A DNA stretch of 64,000 bases. Origin: Bacillales bacterium UBA1719 (GTDB lineage Bacteria; Bacillota_I; Bacilli_A; RFN20; CAG-826). Below the pieces are notes generated by a model. The model was not told the DNA's origin. It searched no databases and saw nothing but the letters and a program-made list of their open reading frames with translations. Position numbers and translations under genes: made by a program. Of this stretch, positions 1 to 9,215 are shown piece after piece; the first letter of the stretch is position 1; every line of letters starts with the position of its first letter. Where the stretch lies: positions 17,322 to 81,321 of the forward strand of contig DCIT01000054.1 in NCBI GenBank assembly GCA_002317145.1, written 5' to 3'.

Positions 1-777
1 CTTCAAATTAAATCAGCATTTAATAAATGGGTTATCGCTAATCAAGGACACGGAAGTGCTGAACTTCTTAAAGGTTCCTTCCAGTTTGTTATTTATATAT
101 TAGTATTCCTATTAATTATTGGATTTGTTGTCTTCATTGAATTAAGTAAACGTAAGATTCCAGTTCAACACGCTGGTAGAGGTGGCGCTAATCCAAGTAT
201 GGCAAAAGCGACATACTTACCAATTAAGATTAACTCTGCTGGAGTTATTCCAGTTATCTTCGCTAGCTCAATCATGTTAGCACCTTCAGTTATTGCATCA
301 TTTATTTCTGCAGATGCTGCTAAAGCCGAATGGTTAAAAATATTCTCATATTCTGAATTCACTAATATGCCTGGAGGATGGAAATTCCCATGGGGATTAT
401 TTATCTATTTAACCCTCACAGTATTATTCTGTTTCTTCTATGCATCAATTCAAATATCTCCTCAACAATTAGCAGAAAATTTCCAAAAATCTGGATCTTA
501 CATTCCTGGAATTAGACCAGGTAATGAAACTGAAAGATATGTCGCTAAAGTATTAAATAGAGTTACATGCTTAGGCGCTATATCTTTAGCCTTTATTGCT
601 GGATTACCAGTTATATTAACTTTATCTGGTGTATTCGGTAGTGATACTTCTTTATCACTTGGTGGCACTAGCTTAATCATTGTAGTTGGTGTTGCTATTG
701 AGCTCAATGCTCAAATTGATGGTTTACTTGCAGGTAAATCATTTGAAGAAGTTCAAGCAGCGGGAGCAAATAATTAA
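1..777 (+). CDS. secY: Preprotein translocase subunit SecY, C-terminal part (5' end outside window)
   Basis: Frame 1 is open from base 1. The translation ...KIPVQHAGRGGANPSMAKATYLPIKINSAGVIPVIFASS... is typical of SecY. It occupies the canonical position before adk-map-infA. Confidence 0.93.
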   Translation, partial: LQIKSAFNKWVIANQGHGSAELLKGSFQFVIYILVFLLIIGFVVFIELSKRKIPVQHAGRGGANPSMAKATYLPIKINSAGVIPVIFASSIMLAPSVIASFISADAAKAEWLKIFSYSEFTNMPGGWKFPWGLFIYLTLTVLFCFFYASIQISPQQLAENFQKSGSYIPGIRPGNETERYVAKVLNRVTCLGAISLAFIAGLPVILTLSGVFGSDTSLSLGGTSLIIVVGVAIELNAQIDGLLAGKSFEEVQAAGANN

Positions 778-779
778 TT

Positions 780-1430
780 ATGAAATCTAATATTATCCTT
801 ATGGGACCTCCTGGTGCAGGTAAAGGCACCTTAGCTAAACGTCTTATCGCAAAATATAAAATCCCTCACATTTCAACGGGAGATATGTTTCGCGAAGCGA
901 TAAAAGCGAATACCAAGTTAGGGTTACTCGCTAAAGACTACATGACACGCGGAGACTTAGTACCTGATGATGTCACAATCGGCATTGTCAATGAACGTCT
1001 TGCTAAAGACGATTGTAGTCATGGTTATCTTCTTGATGGTTTCCCAAGAACATTAGCTCAAGCAGAAGCTTTAAAGAAGTTAACCGAAAATCTTAAACGC
1101 GATGTGAATTTAGTCATTAACATCGATTGCGATCAAGAAGAACTTGTGAAGAGAATTTCTGGTCGTAGAGTTTGTAAGAATTGTGGTGCGCCATATCACG
1201 TACTCTTTGTAAAACCAAAAGTTGAAGGTGTATGCGATATATGTGGTGGACCATTATTCCAAAGAAGCGATGATAATGAAGAGTCACTTAAAGTGCGTTT
1301 ATCTAACTACTACAACATGACTAAACCATTAATCTCATTCTATGAGAAGAGTGGGAATCTAGTCAATTTAGATGGCATTAAGGGTAGCGATTATGTCTAT
1401 TCTGAAGCTATCAAATTAATAGGAGAGTAA
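780..1430 (+). CDS. adk: Adenylate kinase
   Basis: P-loop GPPGAGKGT and a zinc lid (CKNCG...CDICG). Follows secY. Confidence 0.96.
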   Translation: MKSNIILMGPPGAGKGTLAKRLIAKYKIPHISTGDMFREAIKANTKLGLLAKDYMTRGDLVPDDVTIGIVNERLAKDDCSHGYLLDGFPRTLAQAEALKKLTENLKRDVNLVINIDCDQEELVKRISGRRVCKNCGAPYHVLFVKPKVEGVCDICGGPLFQRSDDNEESLKVRLSNYYNMTKPLISFYEKSGNLVNLDGIKGSDYVYSEAIKLIGE

Positions 1431-1436
1431 GTAGTA

Positions 1437-2198
1437 GTGATCTCTCTAAAATCTTCTCGAGAAATCTCTTTAATGAGAAAAGCTGGAGAAGTAGTTGCTA
1501 AAGTCTTCACCAAAGTTGGTCCACTTTGTGTCCCTGGTATATCAACTTTACAGTTAGCAAATAAAGCAGAAGAAGTAATTAGAAAAGAAGGAGCCATTCC
1601 AACATTTCTAAATTACAACGGCTATCCAGGTGCCATATGTATTTCAGTAAATGATACTTTAGTACATGGCATACCTAGTGAAAAGATTATCCTTAAAGAT
1701 GGAGATATCGTTTCATTGGATGTTGGTGCAACATTGGATGGATATTGCGCTGATGCTTGTAGGACTTATTTAGTGGGCATTTGTAAAGAGAATGCAAAGA
1801 GGTTAGTAAAAATAACTGAAGAATGTTTCTTTAAAGGTGTATCATTAATAAAGCCCGGAATTCATTTAGGTGATGTGTGTCATGCCATTGAAACTCACGC
1901 AATTAAGCATGGTTACTCAGTTCCAAGAGAATTCACAGGACACGGAATTGGCTCTCATTTACATGAGGATCCATATATTCCAAATTATGGAAAAGAAGGA
2001 TCAGGTCCAATTTTAGTGGAAGGGATGACTCTAGCAATCGAGCCGATGATAGCGGAAGGAAAACCTCAAGTTAGAATCTTATCTGATGGCTGGACAGCAA
2101 AAATGAAAGATGGTAAACTATCTTCTCATTACGAAAACACTTTAGTGGTAACTAAAGAAGGTTATGAAATATTAACCTTAGAAAAGGAGATTAAGTAG
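1437..2198 (+). CDS. map: Methionine aminopeptidase type I (GTG start)
   Basis: MetAP metal-ligand blocks ([21 protein letters not shown]). Conserved position after adk. Confidence 0.94.
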   Translation: MISLKSSREISLMRKAGEVVAKVFTKVGPLCVPGISTLQLANKAEEVIRKEGAIPTFLNYNGYPGAICISVNDTLVHGIPSEKIILKDGDIVSLDVGATLDGYCADACRTYLVGICKENAKRLVKITEECFFKGVSLIKPGIHLGDVCHAIETHAIKHGYSVPREFTGHGIGSHLHEDPYIPNYGKEGSGPILVEGMTLAIEPMIAEGKPQVRILSDGWTAKMKDGKLSSHYENTLVVTKEGYEILTLEKEIK

Positions 2199-2202
2199 TA
2201 AA

Positions 2203-2424
2203 ATGTCTAAACAAGACGTAATTACAGTAGACGCAACCGTCGTTGAGAATTTACCTAACACTATGTTTAGGGTTAAATTAGATAACGATGTCGTGATTAT
2301 GGCATCCGTTTCTGGAAAAATTCGAATGAATTACATTCGTATTCTCCCAGGTGATAAAGTCACAGTTGAAATCTCCCCCTACGATTTAACACGGGGCCGA
2401 ATAACATTTAGGCATAAAGCCTAA
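2203..2424 (+). CDS. infA: Translation initiation factor IF-1
   Basis: 73 aa S1-like protein with a conserved IF-1 sequence (...[12 protein letters not shown]...[16 protein letters not shown]...). Confidence 0.96.
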   Translation: MSKQDVITVDATVVENLPNTMFRVKLDNDVVIMASVSGKIRMNYIRILPGDKVTVEISPYDLTRGRITFRHKA

Positions 2425-2456
2425 TAAAAGTGCAAATAGCACGAGGAGAATTTTAT

Positions 2457-2570
2457 ATGAAAGTAAGAACCTCAGTCAAACCTATTTGCGATAAGTGCAA
2501 GGTCATCAAACGCCATGGCAAAGTCATGGTTATTTGTGAGAATCCTAAGCACAAGCAAAGACAAGGTTAA
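2457..2570 (+). CDS. rpmJ: 50S ribosomal protein L36
   Basis: Not in the ORF track (37 aa). Hand translation gives [37 protein letters not shown]. Lies between infA and rpsM as expected. Confidence 0.93.
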   Translation: MKVRTSVKPICDKCKVIKRHGKVMVICENPKHKQRQG

Positions 2571-2585
2571 GGAGGAAATTTATCA

Positions 2586-2966
2586 ATGGCACGTATAGTT
2601 GGTGTTGATATACCTAATGAAAAACGTGTAGTCGTATCTCTTACCTATATTTATGGTATTGGTGATACAACTGCGAAAAAAATCTGTAAAGGCGCTAAAG
2701 TATCTGAAGATACTCGCGTTAAAGATTTAAAAGACGAAGAATTATCTGCTATTAGAGCAGAAATTGCTAAGTATCGTGTTGAAGGTGATCTTCGTAGAGA
2801 GACCGCTTTAAACATTAAAAGATTAACTGAAATTGGTTGCTATCGCGGTATTCGTCATAAGAAGAACTTACCAGTCAGAGGACAACGCACAAGAACAAAT
2901 GCGCGTACTCGTAAAGGACCACGTAAGACTATTGCGAATAAGAAAGAAGCAAAACAACAAGGTTAA
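2586..2966 (+). CDS. rpsM: 30S ribosomal protein S13
   Basis: [15 protein letters not shown]... Strong AAGGAGG RBS upstream. Confidence 0.97.
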   Translation: MARIVGVDIPNEKRVVVSLTYIYGIGDTTAKKICKGAKVSEDTRVKDLKDEELSAIRAEIAKYRVEGDLRRETALNIKRLTEIGCYRGIRHKKNLPVRGQRTRTNARTRKGPRKTIANKKEAKQQG

Positions 2967-2979
2967 AAGGAGTTAGTTT

Positions 2980-3369
2980 ATGGCAAAAACGAATACAACT
3001 CGTAAAAAGAAAATTAAACGCTCCTTTACTAAAGGTGTTGCTCATATTCATTCAACATTTAATAACACAATTGTTACTATTACTGATGATCAAGGCAATG
3101 CTATTAGTTGGGCTAGCGCAGGAACCCTTGGATTTAAAGGCGCAAAGAAATCAACTCCATTTGCTGCTCAAGTAGCAAGTGAAGCTGCAGCTAAAGCGGC
3201 ATTTAACCAAGGATTACGTCAATTAGACGTCAATGTAAAGGGTCCAGGTCCAGGAAGAGAATCTGCTATCCGCGCACTTGTTGCGGCAGGTATGCAATTA
3301 CTCTCAATTGTTGACACAACCCCAGTTCCACACAATGGTTGTCGTCCAGAAAAAAGACCACGTGGATAA
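2980..3369 (+). CDS. rpsK: 30S ribosomal protein S11
   Basis: [18 protein letters not shown]...[12 protein letters not shown] is typical of S11. Confidence 0.97.
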   Translation: MAKTNTTRKKKIKRSFTKGVAHIHSTFNNTIVTITDDQGNAISWASAGTLGFKGAKKSTPFAAQVASEAAAKAAFNQGLRQLDVNVKGPGPGRESAIRALVAAGMQLLSIVDTTPVPHNGCRPEKRPRG

Positions 3370-3405
3370 TCTATATTATTTATATTTGAAAGGAGAAAAA
3401 TATTT

Positions 3406-4392
3406 ATGAATAATTTACCAAAAGCATTTAAAAAAATTAATTTCAAAGTTGACGTACTTAACGAAGAGACAAACTATGGCAAGTTTGTTATTGAACCATT
3501 AGAGAGAGGCTTCGGTCTTACTATTGGTAATGCCTTAAGAAGAGTTTTATTATCTGCTCTTCCAGGTGCATCTATCTACGCTGTAGAAATTGATGGCGCT
3601 CGTCATGAATTCTCAAGTTTAGATGGTGTTCAAGAAGACGTTATGTCTATCGTTTTAAATTTAAAAGATTTAATCTTAAAAATTGATGATGATAGCGAAG
3701 AAACAAAAAGATTAGAAATTGATAAGAAAGGACCATGCACTGTTTATGCTAAGGATATCGAATGTCCTGGTTTAGTCAGCGTCATTAATCCAGACTTAGA
3801 GATTGCCCATTTAGCGAAAGATGGACGTTTACATATGTCCTTATTTGCTAGATGCGGAAGAGGCTATGTTACTAGTGAAAGTAACAAAGCAAACAACGAT
3901 CATCCAAATCAAATTGGACGTATCGATACTGACTCAAATTATAGCCCAGTCACAAAGACTAGCTATGAAGTCGAACCAACTCGTGTTAAACATGATCCTA
4001 GATTCGATCGTTTAACAATTGAAGTTTGGACAAATGGTTCTATTAAACCTACTGATGCTATCGCTAATGCTGCAAATATTTTAATTGCTCATTTTGAGGA
4101 ATTTGCAAACATTGCTGAGAACATTAAGAAGATTGAATTTGAAGAACCACCAGTGGAAGTTAAAGAAGACAATAAAGTCAATGAGACTCCAATCGAAGAT
4201 CTTGATTTATCTGTCCGTTCTTATAACTGCTTAAAAAGAGCGAACATCACAACTGTTTATGAATTAACTCAAAGAACAGAAGATGAAATGATGAAAGTTC
4301 GTAACTTAGGCAAGAAGAGCTTAAAAGAAGTAAAAGAAAAATTACAATCTTTAGGTTTATCTTTCCGCGACTACTCATTGGAGAATAAATAA
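3406..4392 (+). CDS. rpoA: DNA-directed RNA polymerase alpha subunit
   Basis: N-terminal dimerisation domain (GFGLTIGNALRRVLLS) and C-terminal domain (LDLSVRSYNCLKRANI). Confidence 0.96.
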   Translation: MNNLPKAFKKINFKVDVLNEETNYGKFVIEPLERGFGLTIGNALRRVLLSALPGASIYAVEIDGARHEFSSLDGVQEDVMSIVLNLKDLILKIDDDSEETKRLEIDKKGPCTVYAKDIECPGLVSVINPDLEIAHLAKDGRLHMSLFARCGRGYVTSESNKANNDHPNQIGRIDTDSNYSPVTKTSYEVEPTRVKHDPRFDRLTIEVWTNGSIKPTDAIANAANILIAHFEEFANIAENIKKIEFEEPPVEVKEDNKVNETPIEDLDLSVRSYNCLKRANITTVYELTQRTEDEMMKVRNLGKKSLKEVKEKLQSLGLSFRDYSLENK

Positions 4393-4394
4393 TT

Positions 4395-4793
4395 ATGGCC
4401 GCACAAGGAAGAAAGAACGTCCATGGTAAGACTGGTGTTCGTTTCAAGACTGGCTGGACCGCAACTCGCGAAAAAGCTACTCAAAGAAACGTTGTAACTG
4501 AACTTATCATTCACGAAAAAGTTACTGTTACTAGTGGAGTAACAAAACAATTAATTAAAAATATTGATCATTTAATTACATTAGCCAAGAAAGATACTGT
4601 TGCTGCTCGTAGAGAAGCCAGTAAAATTCTTCGCAATGAAAAAGATGAGAATGGTGCAAAAGCCATTAACAAATTATTCAAAGTTTTAGGTCCACGCTTT
4701 AAAGATCGCAAAGGTGGTTACACCCATCAATTTAAGATGGTTGAACGCCGTGGTGATGGTGCTAAACGCACAATCGTTGCCTTCGTTGAATAA
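4395..4793 (+). CDS. rplQ: 50S ribosomal protein L17
   Basis: Follows rpoA. The ending ...RKGGYTHQFKMVERRGDGA... is typical of L17. Confidence 0.94.
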   Translation: MAAQGRKNVHGKTGVRFKTGWTATREKATQRNVVTELIIHEKVTVTSGVTKQLIKNIDHLITLAKKDTVAARREASKILRNEKDENGAKAINKLFKVLGPRFKDRKGGYTHQFKMVERRGDGAKRTIVAFVE

Positions 4794-4810
4794 TTAAATT
4801 ATTTAATAGA

Positions 4811-4841
4811 AAAAGAACGCATCTCGGTGCGTTCTTTTTTC
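4811..4841 (+). terminator. Rho-independent terminator after rplQ
   Basis: Stem GAACGCA (4815-4821) pairs with TGCGTTC (4828-4834), followed by T6 at 4835-4840. Confidence 0.8.
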
Positions 4842-4859
4842 ATTAAAATTAATTGCAAC

Positions 4860-4878
4860 TTACATATAATATATGTAA
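4860..4878. promoter_or_regulatory. Perfect 19-nt palindrome, candidate operator in the permease promoter region
   Basis: TTACATATA-A-TATATGTAA contains a TATAAT hexamer and lies about 30 nt upstream of the permease start. Confidence 0.35.
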
Positions 4879-4906
4879 AATATTATAAATTAAATAGGAG
4901 GGTGTT

Positions 4907-6763
4907 ATGCCTACTAATAAATTAGTTTACGACTTAAATGATCGTCCAAAGTTCTCGAAACTTATTCTTTATTCTTTCCAAATGTTGCTTGCTATTTTAG
5001 CAGCGACAATTGCAGTTCCAACTATCATTGGATTACCTGCGCAAATCCCTGCGGCAATTTTAGGCGCAGGTGTTGGAACGCTTATTTATGTGGCGTTCAC
5101 TAAAGGCAAATCTCCAGTTATGTTGTCTAGTTCATTTGCGTTCCTATCCGCGTTCCCAACTGCAATTGCTTTTGGATATATGGGTATTGTACTTGGTGGT
5201 TTATTTGCTGGGACAATTTATGTAATAATTGCTTTAGTAATTAAATTTGTTGGTACGAAATGGTTAGATAAATTATTACCTCCAGTTATTATTGGTCCAG
5301 TAGTTGCTCTTATTGGTCTATCTTTAGCGGGTTCAGCGATGGGAGATATTACTAAAGCTAGTGGATCAGGTCAAACATATAACTTATTAGGATTACTTTG
5401 TGGTTTAGTAGCATTCTTTGTTATTGTTGTTATTTCTAATCAACAAAAGAAACCAGGATTAAAGTTAATTCCTTTTGTTATTGGTATTGCTGCAGGTTAT
5501 GCTTTAGCGAGTATCTTTACAGCTTTTGGTAATGCTTATAATGTTGATTATTTAAAGATTATTAATTGGGATCCGTTAGTGAGTAATTTCTCTCCAGTTA
5601 GATTACAATCATTTTTAGATTATCCTCGTATATCATTAGTTGAAGCGATTAACGAACTTAGAACTGGTCAGATTAGTGATTCAATTGTTTTAGCGCATGC
5701 AGTAAACTTTAAAACTGAATTAGCGAAAGTTGGTGTTATTGATTTAACTGCTGCGAATATTACTGCGATTAGAGCAGGATTAGCTGAAATAGGTGCTATG
5801 CCTCAAGCGCTTTCTGGTGTTGGTGTTGCACAAGTTGCAATAGCATTCTGTCCAATAGCATTTGTTACTTTAGCGGAGCATATTGCTGATCATAAGAATA
5901 TTTCTAGAATCGTTAATAAAGACTTATTAAAAGAACCAGGATTACATAGAACTTTATTAGGTGATGGTGTTGGTTCGATTGGTGGTACGGCATTAGGTAT
6001 TTGTCCTAATACTACTTATGGAGAATCAGTGGCGTGTGTTGCATTAACACGTAATGCTTCAGTTATTACCACAATTTCTACAGCGATTATGTGTATTATC
6101 TTAGCGTTCTTAACTCCATTTAATAAATTATTAGCGACTATTCCAAGTTGTGTTATGGGTGGTGTATGTTTAACACTTTATGGATTTATAGCTGTTTCAG
6201 GATTAAGAATGTTTAAAGATATTGATTTAGATAATAACGTGAATTTAATGACAGTATCTTCGATATTAATTGCTGGTATTGGTGGATTAATTATTGCTAT
6301 TCCATATGGAAAAGATAATAAAGGAGTGTTGTTAACAATTGATATTACCGCGATTGCAACAGCGTTAATTTTAGGTATAGCGACATATCAAATTGCTAGT
6401 AAGATTTCTAAAAGAGGCAAGAGCACTGTTAAAGAAATTAACTATGAAGTTAAAGAAGAAGACTTATTCCGTCATTATTTAAAAACTTTAAATGTTGATA
6501 TATTAGCCAAAGCATTATTAACATTCGGATTCATCCATGAAAACGTTGATTTCACTGCTGGACAATTATCTAACTACATGAGAAGCGATAGAATATTAAA
6601 TACATGCACAGAAAAAGAATTAAAAGAATTAATTAAGTTACTTGAGTTTAGTAAGAATCCTTCTAAATTAAAGAAAGCTCAATGCATTGATTTAATTAAA
6701 AAGAGTGTTGCTAAAATTGAATCTACCGTAAGTAAACAAATTACTGCTCAAGAAATTCGTTAA
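4907..6763 (+). CDS. Nucleobase:cation symporter (NCS2, uracil/xanthine permease family) with an internal insertion and a long C-terminal soluble extension
   Basis: Multi-TM protein with NCS2-like blocks (...LAEHIADH..., ...NTTYGESVA...). At 618 aa it is longer than the roughly 430 aa typical of this family. Confidence 0.8.
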   Translation: MPTNKLVYDLNDRPKFSKLILYSFQMLLAILAATIAVPTIIGLPAQIPAAILGAGVGTLIYVAFTKGKSPVMLSSSFAFLSAFPTAIAFGYMGIVLGGLFAGTIYVIIALVIKFVGTKWLDKLLPPVIIGPVVALIGLSLAGSAMGDITKASGSGQTYNLLGLLCGLVAFFVIVVISNQQKKPGLKLIPFVIGIAAGYALASIFTAFGNAYNVDYLKIINWDPLVSNFSPVRLQSFLDYPRISLVEAINELRTGQISDSIVLAHAVNFKTELAKVGVIDLTAANITAIRAGLAEIGAMPQALSGVGVAQVAIAFCPIAFVTLAEHIADHKNISRIVNKDLLKEPGLHRTLLGDGVGSIGGTALGICPNTTYGESVACVALTRNASVITTISTAIMCIILAFLTPFNKLLATIPSCVMGGVCLTLYGFIAVSGLRMFKDIDLDNNVNLMTVSSILIAGIGGLIIAIPYGKDNKGVLLTIDITAIATALILGIATYQIASKISKRGKSTVKEINYEVKEEDLFRHYLKTLNVDILAKALLTFGFIHENVDFTAGQLSNYMRSDRILNTCTEKELKELIKLLEFSKNPSKLKKAQCIDLIKKSVAKIESTVSKQITAQEIR

Positions 6764-6776
6764 TTAACTGATGTGT

Positions 6777-6812
6777 AAAAACTCTAGAAATTAAAAATTC
6801 TAGAGTTTTTTA
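6777..6812 (+). terminator. Rho-independent terminator after the permease gene
   Basis: Stem ACTCTAGAA (6781-6789) pairs with TTCTAGAGT (6798-6806), followed by a T-run to 6811. Confidence 0.8.
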
Positions 6813-6904
6813 TTTTTATCTATATTTATTAATAAATATAAAAAAATAATTCGTGAATATTTAATGATTTTTAAGCAATTAAATAATAAGGAGGGAATTT
6901 TCAT

Positions 6905-6964
6905 ATGGCGTTCCTTTCGCAAAGATTATTGAAAGCCGACTCTAAGACTATGACTAGGTGGTGA
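6905..6964 (+). CDS. Candidate 19-codon leader ORF (MAFLSQRLLKADSKTMTRW)
   Basis: An ATG lies about 10 nt downstream of AAGGAGGG. The ORF overlaps the 5' arm of alternative pairings in the leader. There is no homology evidence. Confidence 0.2.
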   Translation: MAFLSQRLLKADSKTMTRW

Positions 6965-7139
6965 TCGAGATAATTATCGATAGGCTAATAATTATATTAG
7001 TCTTGTTGGTGCTATTGGCCCTTAACAGGTAGCCAATAAAAAAGCCGGATCATATGCCCGGCTTCACCAACTCATTTATTATAGCATACAATTAGGGAAG
7101 GGAAGTAAAAAAGTCTTGGGCGCTATCAAGGGTAGCGCC
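6943..7139 (+). promoter_or_regulatory. Unclassified structured, GC-richer leader upstream of the ABC/Abi operon
   Basis: Hand-folded helices:
- 6944-6950 pairs with 6998-7004.
- 6964-6968 pairs with 6977-6981.
- A three-way junction spans 7005-7071 (P1 7005-7011/7065-7071, P2 7014-7019/7032-7037, P3 7043-7048/7058-7063).
- A hairpin forms from 7119-7125 and 7133-7139. Confidence 0.3.
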
Positions 7140-7166
7140 TTCTAAAATTTCGATGAGGCTTTTGTT

Positions 7167-9215
7167 ATTTATAAGTTAGAGAATGTCTGTAAATCCTATG
7201 ATAAGAAAGTTAATGTTTTAAATAATATTAATTTATCTTTTCCTAATGTTGGTTTTGTTTCTATACTAGGTAAATCAGGATCAGGTAAATCAACATTATT
7301 AAATTTATTAACTGGTATTGATAAGCCTTCTAAAGGAGAAGTTTATTTTAATAATATTAATCTAAATAAGATTAACGATAAGAAGAAAAAGAAATATCAA
7401 AATAATGATTTAGGTATTTTATTTCAACATTTTAATTTGTTCGATGAATTCACTTGTTTAGATAATATTATTGTTCCGTGTTTAATTAAAGGTGATAAGA
7501 AAAGTGACGCGATTCATAAAGCAAAAGAATTATTACAAAAATATAAATTAGAGTATTTAACTAATCAAAAATTTAAGACTTTATCAGGTGGAGAAAAACA
7601 AAGAGTTGCCTTAATAAGAGCGTTAATAAATTCTCCTAAAGTTATAATAGCTGATGAACCTACTGGAGCATTAGATTCATCTAATAGCGAGATTATAATC
7701 CAAGATTTAAAAGAATTATCTAAAGACCATTTAGTGATTGTAGTTACACATAACGAATCTTTAATTAGAAAATATGAAGATTATCGAATTAATATAGTTG
7801 AAGGTAAAACAAGCGAATTAGAAATCGTTAATAATAAAATTGATCTAAATAATCATAAAAGTAAAGTTAATTTCAATTTAATTAAAACTTTTGTATTTAC
7901 TCATATTAAAAAACATAAAGCTCGTAATTTTATTTCTTTACTAGCGATTTCTTTTTCTACTTTATGTTTGTTGTTATCCTTTGGATATATCAATGGATCA
8001 AGAAATTCAGTTAATGAATATTCGCATAAATCTTTACAATACGGGTCAGCGACAATTGCGAAGAAAACTATTGTTGATGTTCCTGGCTCTCCAATTAAAA
8101 TATCAAAATTATCTAGGCCAGAAGAATCAGAAGTCTATTTTATTAAAGAGAATATTAAAAGTGCTTCAATTGTAAATAATTATCAAATTGCCTTTCCTTC
8201 TTATCCTACATTTCAATTTGATAACAAGACTATTGATGATGTTGAATTTTCTTCAGTCTATGATTTTGATAATTATAAAAATTTATTAATTAAAGGCGGC
8301 ATGCCTAATAATGATGAATTTTTAGAAGTGGTGGTAAATGAAGAATTTGTTAATCTCTATAATTATTCTTTAGACGATATTTTAAATACTCAAATTCAAC
8401 TTAGTTTTAATACTGAAATAAATAATGCTTCGATATCAAATAAAAATATTAAGGATAAAATTGAATACTCAAATATATTAAAAATTAAAGGAGTAGTCAA
8501 AGAATTTTCATATTTAAATACTCCGCGAGTTTATTACTCATACTTAGGATTAGATGATTATTTAAACACCATAATTCTTCCGAATTATTCTAAAGAATTA
8601 GGATTTGATATTAGTCTAAAAGAAGTTGTTAGTTATGCAGATAATAAGAATTGCAATAGTGGTTTTTGCTATAACGTATTTATTAATGATTTATCTGAAG
8701 TAGATAAATTATTTAACTATAAAAAGAAATTTGATGTCAGCAATGAGTTTGATATTTCTTCAACTTGTTATTCAGTAATTGATTCATATTCTTCGATGAC
8801 AAGCATTATTTCTAGTTCATTAATTATTTTTATTGTTATCGCCTTATTAGGAACGATATTCATTGTCTCAATTTCTTCGTATTCAAATTACACAATAAAT
8901 AAAAAAGAATCTGCGATTTTATCAATCTTAGGTTTAGAAAGAAGAAAATTATTTTTAATATTTGTCGTAGAAAATATTTTGTTATCAATTATAAGTTTAT
9001 CTATTTCGTTTATGCTTTCTAAACCTTTAGAAATTCTTTTTAATTTATTGCTTAACAAGAATTTTCATTTAGAAAATCTTATATCTATTCCTTTTTTATC
9101 TTTAGTGACTTTATTAGTAATTATCGCAGTTATTTTAATAAGCGCATTATCAACGTTTATACCGTTTATCTTCTATGAGAAGAATTTTATTGTGAATGAG
9201 TTAAAAGACGAATGA
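7167..9215 (+). CDS. Fused ABC ATPase / FtsX-type (MacB-like) permease, paralog 1; start codon uncertain (candidate ATT)
   Basis: The frame is open from the stop at 7143. Walker A GKSGSGKST begins at 7269, upstream of the TTG at 7437 used by the ORF track. The signature is LSGGEKQR. The C-terminus has 4 TM segments in FtsX style. GAGG at 7155-7158 lies 8 nt before ATT at 7167. Confidence 0.75.
   Translation: MYKLENVCKSYDKKVNVLNNINLSFPNVGFVSILGKSGSGKSTLLNLLTGIDKPSKGEVYFNNINLNKINDKKKKKYQNNDLGILFQHFNLFDEFTCLDNIIVPCLIKGDKKSDAIHKAKELLQKYKLEYLTNQKFKTLSGGEKQRVALIRALINSPKVIIADEPTGALDSSNSEIIIQDLKELSKDHLVIVVTHNESLIRKYEDYRINIVEGKTSELEIVNNKIDLNNHKSKVNFNLIKTFVFTHIKKHKARNFISLLAISFSTLCLLLSFGYINGSRNSVNEYSHKSLQYGSATIAKKTIVDVPGSPIKISKLSRPEESEVYFIKENIKSASIVNNYQIAFPSYPTFQFDNKTIDDVEFSSVYDFDNYKNLLIKGGMPNNDEFLEVVVNEEFVNLYNYSLDDILNTQIQLSFNTEINNASISNKNIKDKIEYSNILKIKGVVKEFSYLNTPRVYYSYLGLDDYLNTIILPNYSKELGFDISLKEVVSYADNKNCNSGFCYNVFINDLSEVDKLFNYKKKFDVSNEFDISSTCYSVIDSYSSMTSIISSSLIIFIVIALLGTIFIVSISSYSNYTINKKESAILSILGLERRKLFLIFVVENILLSIISLSISFMLSKPLEILFNLLLNKNFHLENLISIPFLSLVTLLVIIAVILISALSTFIPFIFYEKNFIVNELKDE

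Noticed and set aside
6951-6985. Partial resemblance of ACTAGGTGGTGATCGAGAT to T-box (GGGTGGTACCGCG) or ykkC/guanidine-I (ACTAGGGTTCCG...GGTCCGAGAG) cores
   Set aside because: Only fragments match. The other obligatory conserved segments of either class (specifier/Stem I elements; the ACGGCGGGATAAAAGCCCGGGAGA-type 3' core) are absent.
7005-7071. Acceptor-like 7-bp helix closing two hairpins, considered as a tRNA-like or tmRNA fragment or a purine-riboswitch-like three-way junction
   Set aside because: It has only two arms and no T-loop (TTCGA) or D-loop signatures. The junction strands (CT, AAAAA, T) do not match the purine riboswitch core. It is left as unclassified.
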